Below are positions 15,045 through 22,522 of a stretch of DNA of 32,000 bases, one piece after another. The notes beneath the pieces are model-generated. The model saw only the letters and a list, made by a program, of their open reading frames with translations. It made no database searches and had not been told where the DNA came from. The stretch is taken from contig CP060262.1 in NCBI GenBank assembly GCA_022646745.1, positions 750,001 to 782,000 on the forward strand, read 5' to 3'. Positions within the stretch are counted from its first letter, which is position 1. Each line of letters begins with the position of its first letter. Source of the stretch: Planctomycetales bacterium. GTDB taxonomy: Bacteria; 4484-113; JAFGCY01. A program made the position numbers and the translations under genes.

Positions 15045-15215
15045 CAGCTACCTCCCGGCCACCGCTGCGGCCTGCCTGACTATTCTGACAGCAATCCCAA
15101 AGCATTATCCAGGTGAAACCACCGCTTCTGCATACAGGGTCCAAACCCTGCGGTTAGCCTCTCCTTGCAGGACAGGCCCTGCGCCTGTGCTGGCAACCTG
15201 CAAAGGAGCAGCGCG

Positions 15216-15422
15216 ATGGGCATCGAAGGCACATTACTGGCAATCATAGTCGTGATCGGCGGCCTGGCCGTGCTGGGCCCGGTCGGCAACCGGATTGCCG
15301 TCTCCGAGCTCCCGCAGCGCAACCTGCCTGACAACCGTGACATCATTGCGGCCCGCAACCGGCATGCCCGTAAGCGCTTCAGCCGCAACTGGCCGGAGGA
15401 ACGGCGCAGCCAGTTCCTCTGA
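15216..15422 (+). CDS. small single-TM protein with basic C-terminal tail (68 aa)
   Basis: Internal ATG 15216 has AAGGAG 7 nt upstream. MGIEGTLLAIIVVIGGLAVLGPV... followed by an Arg-rich tail. Confidence 0.5.
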   Translation: MGIEGTLLAIIVVIGGLAVLGPVGNRIAVSELPQRNLPDNRDIIAARNRHARKRFSRNWPEERRSQFL

Positions 15423-15494
15423 TACGTGTGACCGGGTGACATCATCCCTCCACCCACCAGGCTGCAGCGATGCAGCCCCGGCCCGGCAGCAATG

Positions 15495-15528
15495 CCGGGC
15501 TGTTGTCAGGGAGTCTGCAGCGAGGATG
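15495..15528 (-). repeat. 34-nt repeat, copy 1
   Basis: ccgggctgttgtcagggagtctgcagcgaggatg. 33/34 identical to 15731-15764. Its first 5 nt belong to hairpin 15481-15500. Confidence 0.7.
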
Positions 15529-15547
15529 AAAGTACGGGAAGAATTGC

Positions 15548-15721
15548 TCATTTACCATTAAGCAACATATAGCCAGTGGCAACAAAGATGGCGATCATTG
15601 CCACCGCCCAGATGACCCGCAGCTTCCTCGACGCATTGCTTACACCAATTGCTGTAGCAACTGCACCTGTCAGGCACAGGACACCAAAGATGATCATCCA
15701 ATTCTGATATTCCGGGTTCAT
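15548..15721 (-). CDS. small 2-TM membrane protein (57 aa)
   Basis: Internal ATG of tracked ORF 15548-15946: MNPEYQNWMIIFGVLCLTGAVATAIGVSNASRKLRVIWAVAMIAIFVATGYMLLNGK. The upstream part of the tracked ORF crosses the repeat. Confidence 0.45.
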   Translation of the reverse strand: MNPEYQNWMIIFGVLCLTGAVATAIGVSNASRKLRVIWAVAMIAIFVATGYMLLNGK

Positions 15722-15730
15722 ACCATTGAT

Positions 15731-15764
15731 CCGGGCTGTTGTCAGGGAGTCTGCTGCGAGGATG
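15731..15764 (-). repeat. 34-nt repeat, copy 2
   Basis: ccgggctgttgtcagggagtctgctgcgaggatg. Contains the stop codon (15742-15744) of the 117-aa gene. Confidence 0.7.
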
Positions 15765-16095
15765 CCGCAGGCGGGGAGCTGCCTGAGCTGACAGGCTGAC
15801 CAGCGCGGGCAGCAGATGCATTCTGGAAGTACAACCCAAGCAGGCCGGCGATACCCATCACTGCCAGCACAACCCAGGCCCACAGCGGCCAGCCGCCGAA
15901 TACGTTGCGCTGGGCGAAGTCGTACTCGATTTCCGCGCCGGTCCATTCCAGCCCGGGCCGGCCATCACCAAGCCCGAGGTGCCGGCTGATGCCGCCATTG
16001 AGGTTGTTGCGGCTTTCGATTTCGCCAATCACTTCCTGGCGCTGCTGGAATTCCTTTTCCTGCTGGTCGTATTTCTGTTCCCAACTCGGGCGCAT
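15742..16095 (-). CDS. hypothetical membrane-anchored protein (117 aa)
   Basis: GGGGGTG 5 nt upstream of the ATG. Charged, helical-looking N-terminus (EQKYDQQEKEFQQRQEVIGEIE), one TM (WPLWAWVVLAVMGIAGLLGLYF) and a Ser/Pro/Ala tail. Confidence 0.55.
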   Translation of the reverse strand: MRPSWEQKYDQQEKEFQQRQEVIGEIESRNNLNGGISRHLGLGDGRPGLEWTGAEIEYDFAQRNVFGGWPLWAWVVLAVMGIAGLLGLYFQNASAARAGQPVSSGSSPPAASSQQTP

Positions 16096-16182
16096 GCTTC
16101 ACCCCCGTGAATGCAGTCACTGTCCAGTTGATTATGACGCAAAGCAGGTCCGGCCGGTTTCGAAACGAGGAATCCCCCGCGG

Positions 16183-17064
16183 CTACTTCTGGCCGGAAGT
16201 ACCGGTGGACTCGTCGTCCAGCTCAGGACGCGCAGCTGCAGCTGACTCACCCTCGACCACCGACAGCTTGGACTTGCGGCTCAGCTCGCTGCGGCAGATC
16301 CCGCGGCGGCTGGGGTTGCTGACGAAGTCGATCAGGTGCCGCACTTCCGGGGTCAGCTCCACGCTGGCCTGGATCTCCTCAATCGCGTCCTCGCGGCTCA
16401 TGCCACGGTTGAACAGCAGGCGGAAGGCATGCTTGAGTGCGCGCTGGCTGCGGCTGTCCACACCGTTGCGCGACAGGCCGATCAGGTTCAGGCCACGGAT
16501 CGTGGCCGGCGGGGAACCCTGCACCATGCAGAACGGCGGAACGTCGTTCATGATGCCGGCCGTGCCGCCGATCATCGCCATCCGGCCGATACGCACGAAC
16601 TGGTGGAAGGCCGCAAGCCCACCGATGATCACCCGGTCCTCAACGGTGATGTGCCCGGCCAGGGTGGCCATGTTGCTCATGATCACATTGTTTCCCACCG
16701 TGCAGTCATGCGCGATGTGCACACCGGCCATCAAGAGGCAGTCATTCCCGACGGATGTCATCATCCGGCCATGCGAACCACGGCTGATTGTGACGAACTC
16801 GCGGATCGATGTGCGGTCTCCGATCTCGACATAGCTGGGCTGGCCGTCATAGCCGAGGTCCTGCGGGTCACCGCCGATCACGGCGTGCGAGTGGATCCGG
16901 CAGTTGCTGCCGATGCGGGTATTGCAGACAACCACGGCATGGCTGTCGATCACCGTGCCGCGGCCGATGCTCACGCCCGGCCCGATGCTGGCATAGGGGC
17001 CGACGGAAACCTCAGGGGCGAGGACGGCATCCTCATCGATGATCGCTGTGCTGTGTATCTTCAT
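16183..17064 (-). CDS. lpxA: acyl-ACP--UDP-N-acetylglucosamine O-acyltransferase
   Basis: 293 aa. N-terminal left-handed beta-helix hexapeptide repeats (IHSTAIIDEDAVLAPEVSVGPYASIGPGVSIG...), catalytic-region HIAHDC, and a C-terminal helical domain (IRGLNLIGLSRNG...ALKHAFRLLF). Carries about 30 extra Ser/acidic residues at the C-terminus. Confidence 0.9.
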   Translation of the reverse strand: MKIHSTAIIDEDAVLAPEVSVGPYASIGPGVSIGRGTVIDSHAVVVCNTRIGSNCRIHSHAVIGGDPQDLGYDGQPSYVEIGDRTSIREFVTISRGSHGRMMTSVGNDCLLMAGVHIAHDCTVGNNVIMSNMATLAGHITVEDRVIIGGLAAFHQFVRIGRMAMIGGTAGIMNDVPPFCMVQGSPPATIRGLNLIGLSRNGVDSRSQRALKHAFRLLFNRGMSREDAIEEIQASVELTPEVRHLIDFVSNPSRRGICRSELSRKSKLSVVEGESAAAARPELDDESTGTSGQK

Positions 17065-17328
17065 GGACAGTCCGCCGCGGGCAATCCGCGCGCTTCTATA
17101 TTAGCACTGCCGCCGAATCTGCAGGCCAGCCGGCGTTTCAGCTCAATTATGGCCATTCGGTGATATTTTCCTCAAAAGGGCCAATAAGTTAAACCAAAGC
17201 AGGCCATGCGCCATCTATTAAGCTGTAGGGGAGCGGAATACCGGCGGTCAGTTTAAGGCCGGGTATTACATAGCGGGACGAGGTCCCACGGGGCAGTACC
17301 GGGAAATAAAAAAACGGAGGTGCGACTG

Positions 17329-17838
17329 ATGACACAGATACCGGACATGACACAAGTGTTCGACACCATGCGCAGCGGGCTGGCGATCGTCACGACAGCC
17401 TATCGCCGCAAGCCGGCGGGCTGTACGACCACGTGGATCAGCCGCGTCTCCTTCGAGCCGCCGCTTGTCGCCGTGTTCCTCAGCCCGCAGCGTGGCACGC
17501 TGGAGATGATCCGCAAGGGCAAGCGCTTTGCAATCAACTTCCTCGCCGAGGACGGGCTGGCGCTGGCGCGCCAGTTCGGCTTCAGCAGCGGGGCGGACAA
17601 GTTCGCCGATGTGCAGTACGAGACCGGCCAGACCGGTGCGCCGATCCTGCGGGCGGCGGTGAGCTACCTGGACTGCCGGCTGGAACGCATAGAGAAGTTC
17701 GGGGACCACGAGATGGTGCTCGGCAAGGTGCAGCACGCTGCGATCCAGCGGCCGGATGCCCCGGCGGTGTATGACCCGGCAACCTTCTTCCTCAACGGGG
17801 AGCGGGCCGAAAGCGCCAATGAGGCACACCACGGTTAG
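17329..17838 (+). CDS. flavin reductase-like FMN-binding split-barrel protein
   Basis: ATG 17329 has GGAGGT 7 nt upstream. Motifs GLAIVTT...GCTTTWISRVSFEPPLVAVFL and DKFADV...ILRAAVSYLDCRL...GDHEMVLGKV are typical of the Flavin_Reduct family. Confidence 0.8.
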   Translation: MTQIPDMTQVFDTMRSGLAIVTTAYRRKPAGCTTTWISRVSFEPPLVAVFLSPQRGTLEMIRKGKRFAINFLAEDGLALARQFGFSSGADKFADVQYETGQTGAPILRAAVSYLDCRLERIEKFGDHEMVLGKVQHAAIQRPDAPAVYDPATFFLNGERAESANEAHHG

Positions 17839-17844
17839 TCGTAG

Positions 17845-18027
17845 CTACTCGAAGATCCGCAGGTAGACCAGCACGAGCGCGGCATAGGCCAGGCAGACCA
17901 GCGCATAGGAGATGTTGCGCTGGCGGCGCTGTGCGGGTTCCTTGCCCGGCATGGCACTGACCAGCATCAGCAGCACGAGGGCCACGAACACCAGTAGAAC
18001 GATCCGCATCGGGTTGAGGGAGTCCAT
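17845..18027 (-). CDS. small 2-TM membrane protein (60 aa)
   Basis: MDSLNPMRIVLLVFVALVLLMLVSAMPGKEPAQRRQRNISYALVCLAYAALVLVYLRIFE. Lies 4 nt downstream of the preceding small ORF. Confidence 0.45.
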   Translation of the reverse strand: MDSLNPMRIVLLVFVALVLLMLVSAMPGKEPAQRRQRNISYALVCLAYAALVLVYLRIFE

Positions 18028-18031
18028 CCGC

Positions 18032-18268
18032 TCAGTGCTCCATGATGAACAGTGCGTGGAAGGTGATCCAGCTACCGAGCAGGATCAGCGACCACATGAT
18101 CAGCCAGGCAAGTTGAAACAGCCAGGGAGCCAGCGAGTCCTTCGCCCGGCGCCCGACATTGACATTGAGCGCACCGATGGCAACCAGGCCGGCGCCGATG
18201 ATGGCCCAGATCACGAACCCAGGCAGCTTCACACCTCCTATGTTATCTGATCGGAGCGCTGCGGGCAA
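18032..18268 (-). CDS. small 2-TM membrane protein (up to 78 aa, start uncertain)
   Basis: ...FVIWAIIGAGLVAIGALNV...LFQLAWLIMWSLILLGSWITF. An AGGAGG inside the first codons suggests a slightly later start. Lies 14 nt downstream of the dehydrogenase gene. Confidence 0.45.
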   Translation of the reverse strand: MPAALRSDNIGGVKLPGFVIWAIIGAGLVAIGALNVNVGRRAKDSLAPWLFQLAWLIMWSLILLGSWITFHALFIMEH

Positions 18269-18282
18269 GGATCGTGGAGTTG

Positions 18283-19422
18283 TTAAGCGTTGAAGTCAAA
18301 CTGCACGCCGTAGTGCTGCATGCCGCGGATGATGTAGTTCAGGCGCGTCTCGTCGAAGCCGATTGTCTCCGGGGCCGTCACGCCCGGTTCCACGCCAAGC
18401 TTGCCAGCGAGCAGCATCCGCGCACAGAGCACCGCCGGCAGGCCGGTGGTGCGTGCCATGCTGAAGTCCCCGCTGTCCGGGTCCGTATGGTCCAGCAGGT
18501 CGCAGCGCAGTGACAGCTCGCGCCCGTCCTTCAGGCCGGTGGCTTCGACGCGCATCACCGTCAGTTCGCGCATCCCCGGTTCCAGTTTCCAGTTGTCAAA
18601 CAGCAGCCGGCTGGTCAGCTCCAGCGGCACCACGCTGTTGCCACGCACGGTCTGGACCGGCTGCTCGCCGAAGAAGCCCAGCTCACGTAGCATCCGCATC
18701 TTCTCTGCGTGTCCCGGGTAACGCATCGTCTTCTCGATCATCGAGGGATATGGCAGCGTGTCCATGATGCTGCGCAGTCCATCCGTATTGAAGGCCTCCA
18801 GCGTGCCGATCCCGGGGAAGTCCAGCGGCTCCACCTCGCTGAGTGCCGGCATCGTCACCAGTTTGCCATCCACAAGGTAGCGCGCCGGACGGACGTATTC
18901 CTCAATCACGTCGGACGGCGAGAAGGGCGCCTTGTACTCAAACGGCCAGCTGCGTTCCTCCGGCAGTCCGCCGACGAGGATGCGCATTGACTGCGGTTCG
19001 TCAAACTGCCGCGAGAAGCGCGCTGCCAGCATGCCACCCAGTCCCGGCATCACTCCGCAGTCCACCACCACGCGGCTGCCACTCTTTGTTGCTGCATCGT
19101 GCAGTCCGCTGGCTTCCTCCGGGAAGAAGGAAATGTCAATGCAGTCCGTGCCTGTGGCAATCACGTTCTCCAGCACGGCGTAGCCGAAGCTGCCGGGCAC
19201 GGCCCCCATCACGAGATCGGCTGCCCCTGCAACCTCCCGCACCCGGGCCATGTCGCGCAGGTCCGCCGGCTGCGTTGCCATTGCACTGCGTCCGGCGCTG
19301 AAGGCCAGCACAGACTCATCGCGGTCATACAGCGTCAGCTCGATGTCGTCATACTTGGACAGCTCGCGGGCGATGAAGCCGCCCACCAGTCCGCCGCCCA
19401 GCACTGCCACCTTCGTTGCCAT
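18283..19422 (-). CDS. saccharopine dehydrogenase-family NAD(P)-binding protein
   Basis: 379 aa. N-terminal KVAVLGGGLVGG Rossmann motif, then CGVMPGLGG and FNTDGLRS...TMRYPGH blocks typical of Sacchrp_dh N- and C-terminal domains. Its start shares 1 nt with the ltaE stop. Confidence 0.7.
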   Translation of the reverse strand: MATKVAVLGGGLVGGFIARELSKYDDIELTLYDRDESVLAFSAGRSAMATQPADLRDMARVREVAGAADLVMGAVPGSFGYAVLENVIATGTDCIDISFFPEEASGLHDAATKSGSRVVVDCGVMPGLGGMLAARFSRQFDEPQSMRILVGGLPEERSWPFEYKAPFSPSDVIEEYVRPARYLVDGKLVTMPALSEVEPLDFPGIGTLEAFNTDGLRSIMDTLPYPSMIEKTMRYPGHAEKMRMLRELGFFGEQPVQTVRGNSVVPLELTSRLLFDNWKLEPGMRELTVMRVEATGLKDGRELSLRCDLLDHTDPDSGDFSMARTTGLPAVLCARMLLAGKLGVEPGVTAPETIGFDETRLNYIIRGMQHYGVQFDFNA

Positions 19423-20462
19423 CAGTTCCCCTCCCCGGCCAGCCTGGCCGCCGCCCGCACGAAGGCCTCTGCTCCCCGCCGGCAGTCATCCTCAGTCACG
19501 TCGAGATGCGTCACGCAGCGAATGCGCCGCTCGTGCAGCGCAAAGGCCTGCACCTCATCGGCAGCGGCCGCAACGAGCTGGTGCGCATCGAAGCCCGGGT
19601 TGTCAACCGTGATCAGTGCCATGTTCGTCGGAGGCTGCGGGCAGGACAGGTGCGGGCTCGTGTTGACGATTTCCGCGATCAGCCGTGCATTGGCATGGTC
19701 CTCGCCGATCCGTTCATAGTTGTTGTCAAGCGCGAAGATCGCACCGGCTGCGATGATCCCCGCCTGGCGCATCTGCCCGCCGAAGCGCTTGCGCACATGC
19801 CGGGCCTCCTCGATGAACTCCGCCGTGCCGGCCAGCGCGCTGCCCACCGGTGCACCCAGGCCCTTGCTGAAGCAGACGCTGACACTGTCCAGCTGCTGCG
19901 TCCAGTCCGAGGGGATCTTCCGTGCGGCATGGCAGGCATTCCAGAGCCGTGCCCCGTCGAGATGCACCTTCAGGCCCTGTTCGCGGGCGAAGATGCACAG
20001 CTCCCAAAACCGGCGGTGGTCCCAGACCACGCCGCCGCGGTTGTTGAAGGTATTCTCCAGTGAGAGGATGCGGTTCCTGGTGAAGTGGATGTTGACCGGC
20101 TTCAGCAGCGCCCGCACCTCCTCCGCTCCGAAGGTACCGTCCTCGCTGTCAATCACCCGCGCATCAAGCCCGCTCAGTACGGCCGGGCTGCCGGTCTCGT
20201 AGTAGAGCACGTGGCTTTCGCGATGGGCAATGATGCTGTCACCGGGCCGGCCGTGGATGTTGAGCGCGATCTGGTTGGACATGTGCCCGCTCGGCACGAA
20301 GAGCGCGGCCTCCTTCTTCAGGAGCTGCGCGACCTTCTGTTCCAGCTCGCGCACCGTGGGGTCCTCACCGAACACATCGTCACCGACCTCAGCCCTGGCC
20401 ATGAACAGGCGCATGCTGGGCGAGGGCTTCGTGAAGGTATCACTGCGGAGATTGACGGGCAT
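19422..20462 (-). CDS. ltaE: low-specificity L-threonine aldolase (PLP-dependent)
   Basis: 346 aa. Motifs NLRSDTFT, GDDVFGEDPT, SGHMSNQ, HLDGARLWNA and the PLP-lysine motif FSKGLGAPVGS. Confidence 0.9.
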   Translation of the reverse strand: MPVNLRSDTFTKPSPSMRLFMARAEVGDDVFGEDPTVRELEQKVAQLLKKEAALFVPSGHMSNQIALNIHGRPGDSIIAHRESHVLYYETGSPAVLSGLDARVIDSEDGTFGAEEVRALLKPVNIHFTRNRILSLENTFNNRGGVVWDHRRFWELCIFAREQGLKVHLDGARLWNACHAARKIPSDWTQQLDSVSVCFSKGLGAPVGSALAGTAEFIEEARHVRKRFGGQMRQAGIIAAGAIFALDNNYERIGEDHANARLIAEIVNTSPHLSCPQPPTNMALITVDNPGFDAHQLVAAAADEVQAFALHERRIRCVTHLDVTEDDCRRGAEAFVRAAARLAGEGN

Positions 20463-20469
20463 GGGGGAG

Positions 20470-20475
20470 ATTATA
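20470..20475 (-). promoter_or_regulatory. -10 box TATAAT 7 nt before the ltaE ATG (leaderless geometry)
   Basis: Minus strand reads cacTATAATctcccccATG. Confidence 0.5.
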
Positions 20476-20489
20476 GTGCGGGCCTGGGC

Positions 20490-21035
20490 TCAGTGTTCGC
20501 CGGCGTCTGGCCAGCTGCCCCAGTCCACTGAATCCTGATCGCCGCTCTGCTCCAGCAGCATGTAGTAGTAGCTCTTGATGTCATCAGCGGGACCATCCGC
20601 CAGGCGCTTGAACACCTTGCTCAGCGGTGCAATGTACAGGCTGTCACGGAACATGTACTCACCTTCGTCAAAGTCATCCACGGAATGCCTTACCGTCCAG
20701 CTGAATCCATGGTGCAGGCGCAGCACTTCACCGAGGTAGGCTCCCCATTGCATTGCCATGCCATAGATCTCATCCTCGCTCAGCAACTTGCCCTTGAGCT
20801 TTGCCAGGATGCCGCTGGGTTTGCTCCTGTAGATGATGTAAAGCACCCGATCCAGTGCAGGCAGGCTGGCGGGGCTGTAGTCGAAATCCTCACCGAAGTA
20901 GGAGCCGGCATCGGCAACGGCCCTGGCTGCCAGTTCACCCATCCCATAGGCAAGACTCTCGTCAGCCTTCAACGTGTGACGGTCAAGACCCGGAGTCTCT
21001 CTCCATAGCCCGTTCTCGTCATGGAATCTGTACAT
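20490..21035 (-). CDS. hypothetical cytoplasmic protein
   Basis: 181 aa, acidic, with no signal peptide or TM segment. I cannot assign a confident family. Confidence 0.55.
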   Translation of the reverse strand: MYRFHDENGLWRETPGLDRHTLKADESLAYGMGELAARAVADAGSYFGEDFDYSPASLPALDRVLYIIYRSKPSGILAKLKGKLLSEDEIYGMAMQWGAYLGEVLRLHHGFSWTVRHSVDDFDEGEYMFRDSLYIAPLSKVFKRLADGPADDIKSYYYMLLEQSGDQDSVDWGSWPDAGEH

Positions 21036-21041
21036 CAGTAG

Positions 21042-21047
21042 ATTCTA
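21042..21047 (-). promoter_or_regulatory. -10 box TAGAAT 6 nt before the ATG, overlapping the upstream gene's stop codon
   Basis: Minus strand reads ttcTAGAATctactgATG. The TAG is the stop codon of the SnoaL-like gene. Confidence 0.45.
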
Positions 21048-21581
21048 GAACATCGTGTTGTCGTTGGCAGCTTCGGCCGGCACCGGCTGCACCACGTCCC
21101 AGTGCTCGACGATCCTGCCGTCCTCGAGGCGGAAGATGTCCATCACGGCCGTACCCGTATCGCCAGGAAAGAGTGTCTGGTGGCTGTGGGTCATCACGAG
21201 GTCGCCCTCGGCAATCGTGCGCACGAACTCCATGTGCAGCTCCGGATGCTCACTGCGGAACCAGTTGACAAATCCGATGAAGGCATCCGCACCGTCCGCC
21301 GCATGCGGGTTGTGCTGGATATAGTGGTCGCCCTGGTACAGCTCGCAGGCCAGCTCCGGCTGACCCTGGTTGAAGGACAGGTCGTAGTAGGCCAGCACCG
21401 TCTCGCGGTTGGCATCCAGCCGGGCCTGCTCTCCCGTGCTGACAACGCAGCCGCCGGGCAGGATGCCCTGCTCCTGCTGCGCGCGGCTTTCACCGCGGCC
21501 CCATATCAGGATTGACCCGATGAGCATGAATGCGGCCAATGTGATGGCAACGAAACGATGGCTGATCCTGATCACGAACAT
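21045..21581 (-). CDS. membrane-anchored SnoaL/NTF2-like protein
   Basis: 178 aa from internal ATG 21581, with GGGAG 7 nt upstream. N-terminal anchor FVAITLAAFMLIGSILIW. The core ...YIQHNPHAADGADAFIGFV...IAEGDLVMTH...MDIFRLEDGRIVEHWDVVQ fits SnoaL_2/NTF2-like proteins. Confidence 0.7.
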   Translation of the reverse strand: MFVIRISHRFVAITLAAFMLIGSILIWGRGESRAQQEQGILPGGCVVSTGEQARLDANRETVLAYYDLSFNQGQPELACELYQGDHYIQHNPHAADGADAFIGFVNWFRSEHPELHMEFVRTIAEGDLVMTHSHQTLFPGDTGTAVMDIFRLEDGRIVEHWDVVQPVPAEAANDNTMF

Positions 21582-21669
21582 GTGCAACTCCCTGGACCGT
21601 GATTCGGCCCTGTTGCTTGTACCGGCATTAGCCGCCCATTCACTCAGCTGCGTGACCGCTTGAGCTGAC

Positions 21670-22506
21670 TCAGACGGATTCGCCCTCCGGTTCCGCCTCC
21701 GCTTCATCATCCCATTCATCCAGCGCGGCCAGCTCGTCCTCATCGAGGCGGTCCAGCTCCTCCTCGGTCAGCTCCGGCATGCTGGACAGGCCAAGGCTCG
21801 ACCCGATGTCTCCCGCCGCATCGCTGTCCGTGCCCTTCTCCAGGGCGGCCGGACGCGGCGGCAGGTCGATCAGCCCGGCCAGGCCGAACATCTCGAGGAA
21901 GGCGTCCGTGGTGCGGTACAGGAAGGGCCGGCCCGGTGATTCCTCGCGGCCGGCGACTGTGATCAGGCGGCGGTCCAGCAGCGTGCGCACCGTGCTCTCG
22001 GAAGGCACCTGGCGCAGCTCCTCGATCTTCGCGCGGGTCACCGGCTGTTCGTAGGCGATGATCGCCAGCACCTCCAGCGCATTGCGGGTCAGGCGGGCGC
22101 GGCGCACCTTGCGGTTGAACAGGCGCAGGTACTCATCATGCATCGCGCTCGTCAGCAGCTTGTAGCCACCCGCTACCTTGAGGATATCGAGGCCCAGCGG
22201 GCGCAGTTCGCCGCCGGCCTCATTCGCCATCAGCTCCAGCTCCTTCTCGGAACATGCCAGGAACTCGGTCAGGCGCGCCAGCTCGACCGTCTCCCCGGCG
22301 CTGAACAGCACAGCCGTCAAAAGCGAGCGCTGGTCGCGCGGGTCCAGCTCCGCTGGCGAGGGGAGGGATTCACTGTCCGGCTCGGGCTGCTCCTGCTCAT
22401 CATCGGCAGCGCCGGCCACACCGGAGTCCTGCAGTTCGTCGTCCAGTTCCTCTGCCGCGGGCACGGAGTCGTGCTCACTGTCCTGGGGGGGCTGATGCTC
22501 TTCCAC
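21670..22506 (-). CDS. scpB: SMC-ScpAB complex subunit ScpB with acidic N- and C-terminal extensions
   Basis: 278 aa with a GTG start. Core LLTAVLFSAGETV...VAGGYKLLT...LTRNALEVLAIIAYEQPVTRAKIEELR...GRPFLYRTTDAFLEMFGL. Flanked by Asp/Glu-rich tails. Confidence 0.9.
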   Translation of the reverse strand: MEEHQPPQDSEHDSVPAAEELDDELQDSGVAGAADDEQEQPEPDSESLPSPAELDPRDQRSLLTAVLFSAGETVELARLTEFLACSEKELELMANEAGGELRPLGLDILKVAGGYKLLTSAMHDEYLRLFNRKVRRARLTRNALEVLAIIAYEQPVTRAKIEELRQVPSESTVRTLLDRRLITVAGREESPGRPFLYRTTDAFLEMFGLAGLIDLPPRPAALEKGTDSDAAGDIGSSLGLSSMPELTEEELDRLDEDELAALDEWDDEAEAEPEGESV

Positions 22507-22512
22507 GCAGGA

Positions 22513-22521
22513 ATTCTAGCA
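22513..22521 (-). promoter_or_regulatory. extended -10 TGCTAGAAT 6 nt before the scpB GTG (leaderless geometry)
   Basis: Minus strand reads gcTGCTAGAATtcctgcGTG. Lies in the 16-nt gap after the upstream lipoprotein stop. Confidence 0.5.
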
Positions 22522-22522
22522 G

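Noticed and set aside
15080-15457. 125-aa - strand ORF
   Set aside because: It is antisense to the better-supported 68-aa + strand membrane protein (AAGGAG RBS, clear TM). Its translation is Arg-rich with no hydrophobic or motif structure.
17231-17320. FMN (RFN) riboswitch upstream of the flavin reductase, because of an accggcggt string
   Set aside because: Only that one short string resembles the RFN core. The region is too short and lacks the multi-helix junction and the conserved GGGCAGGGTGAAATTCCC-type and GGATGGGAGA-type blocks. The gggacgaggtccc hairpin also has a GAG loop, not the ACGR loop of guanidine-II elements.
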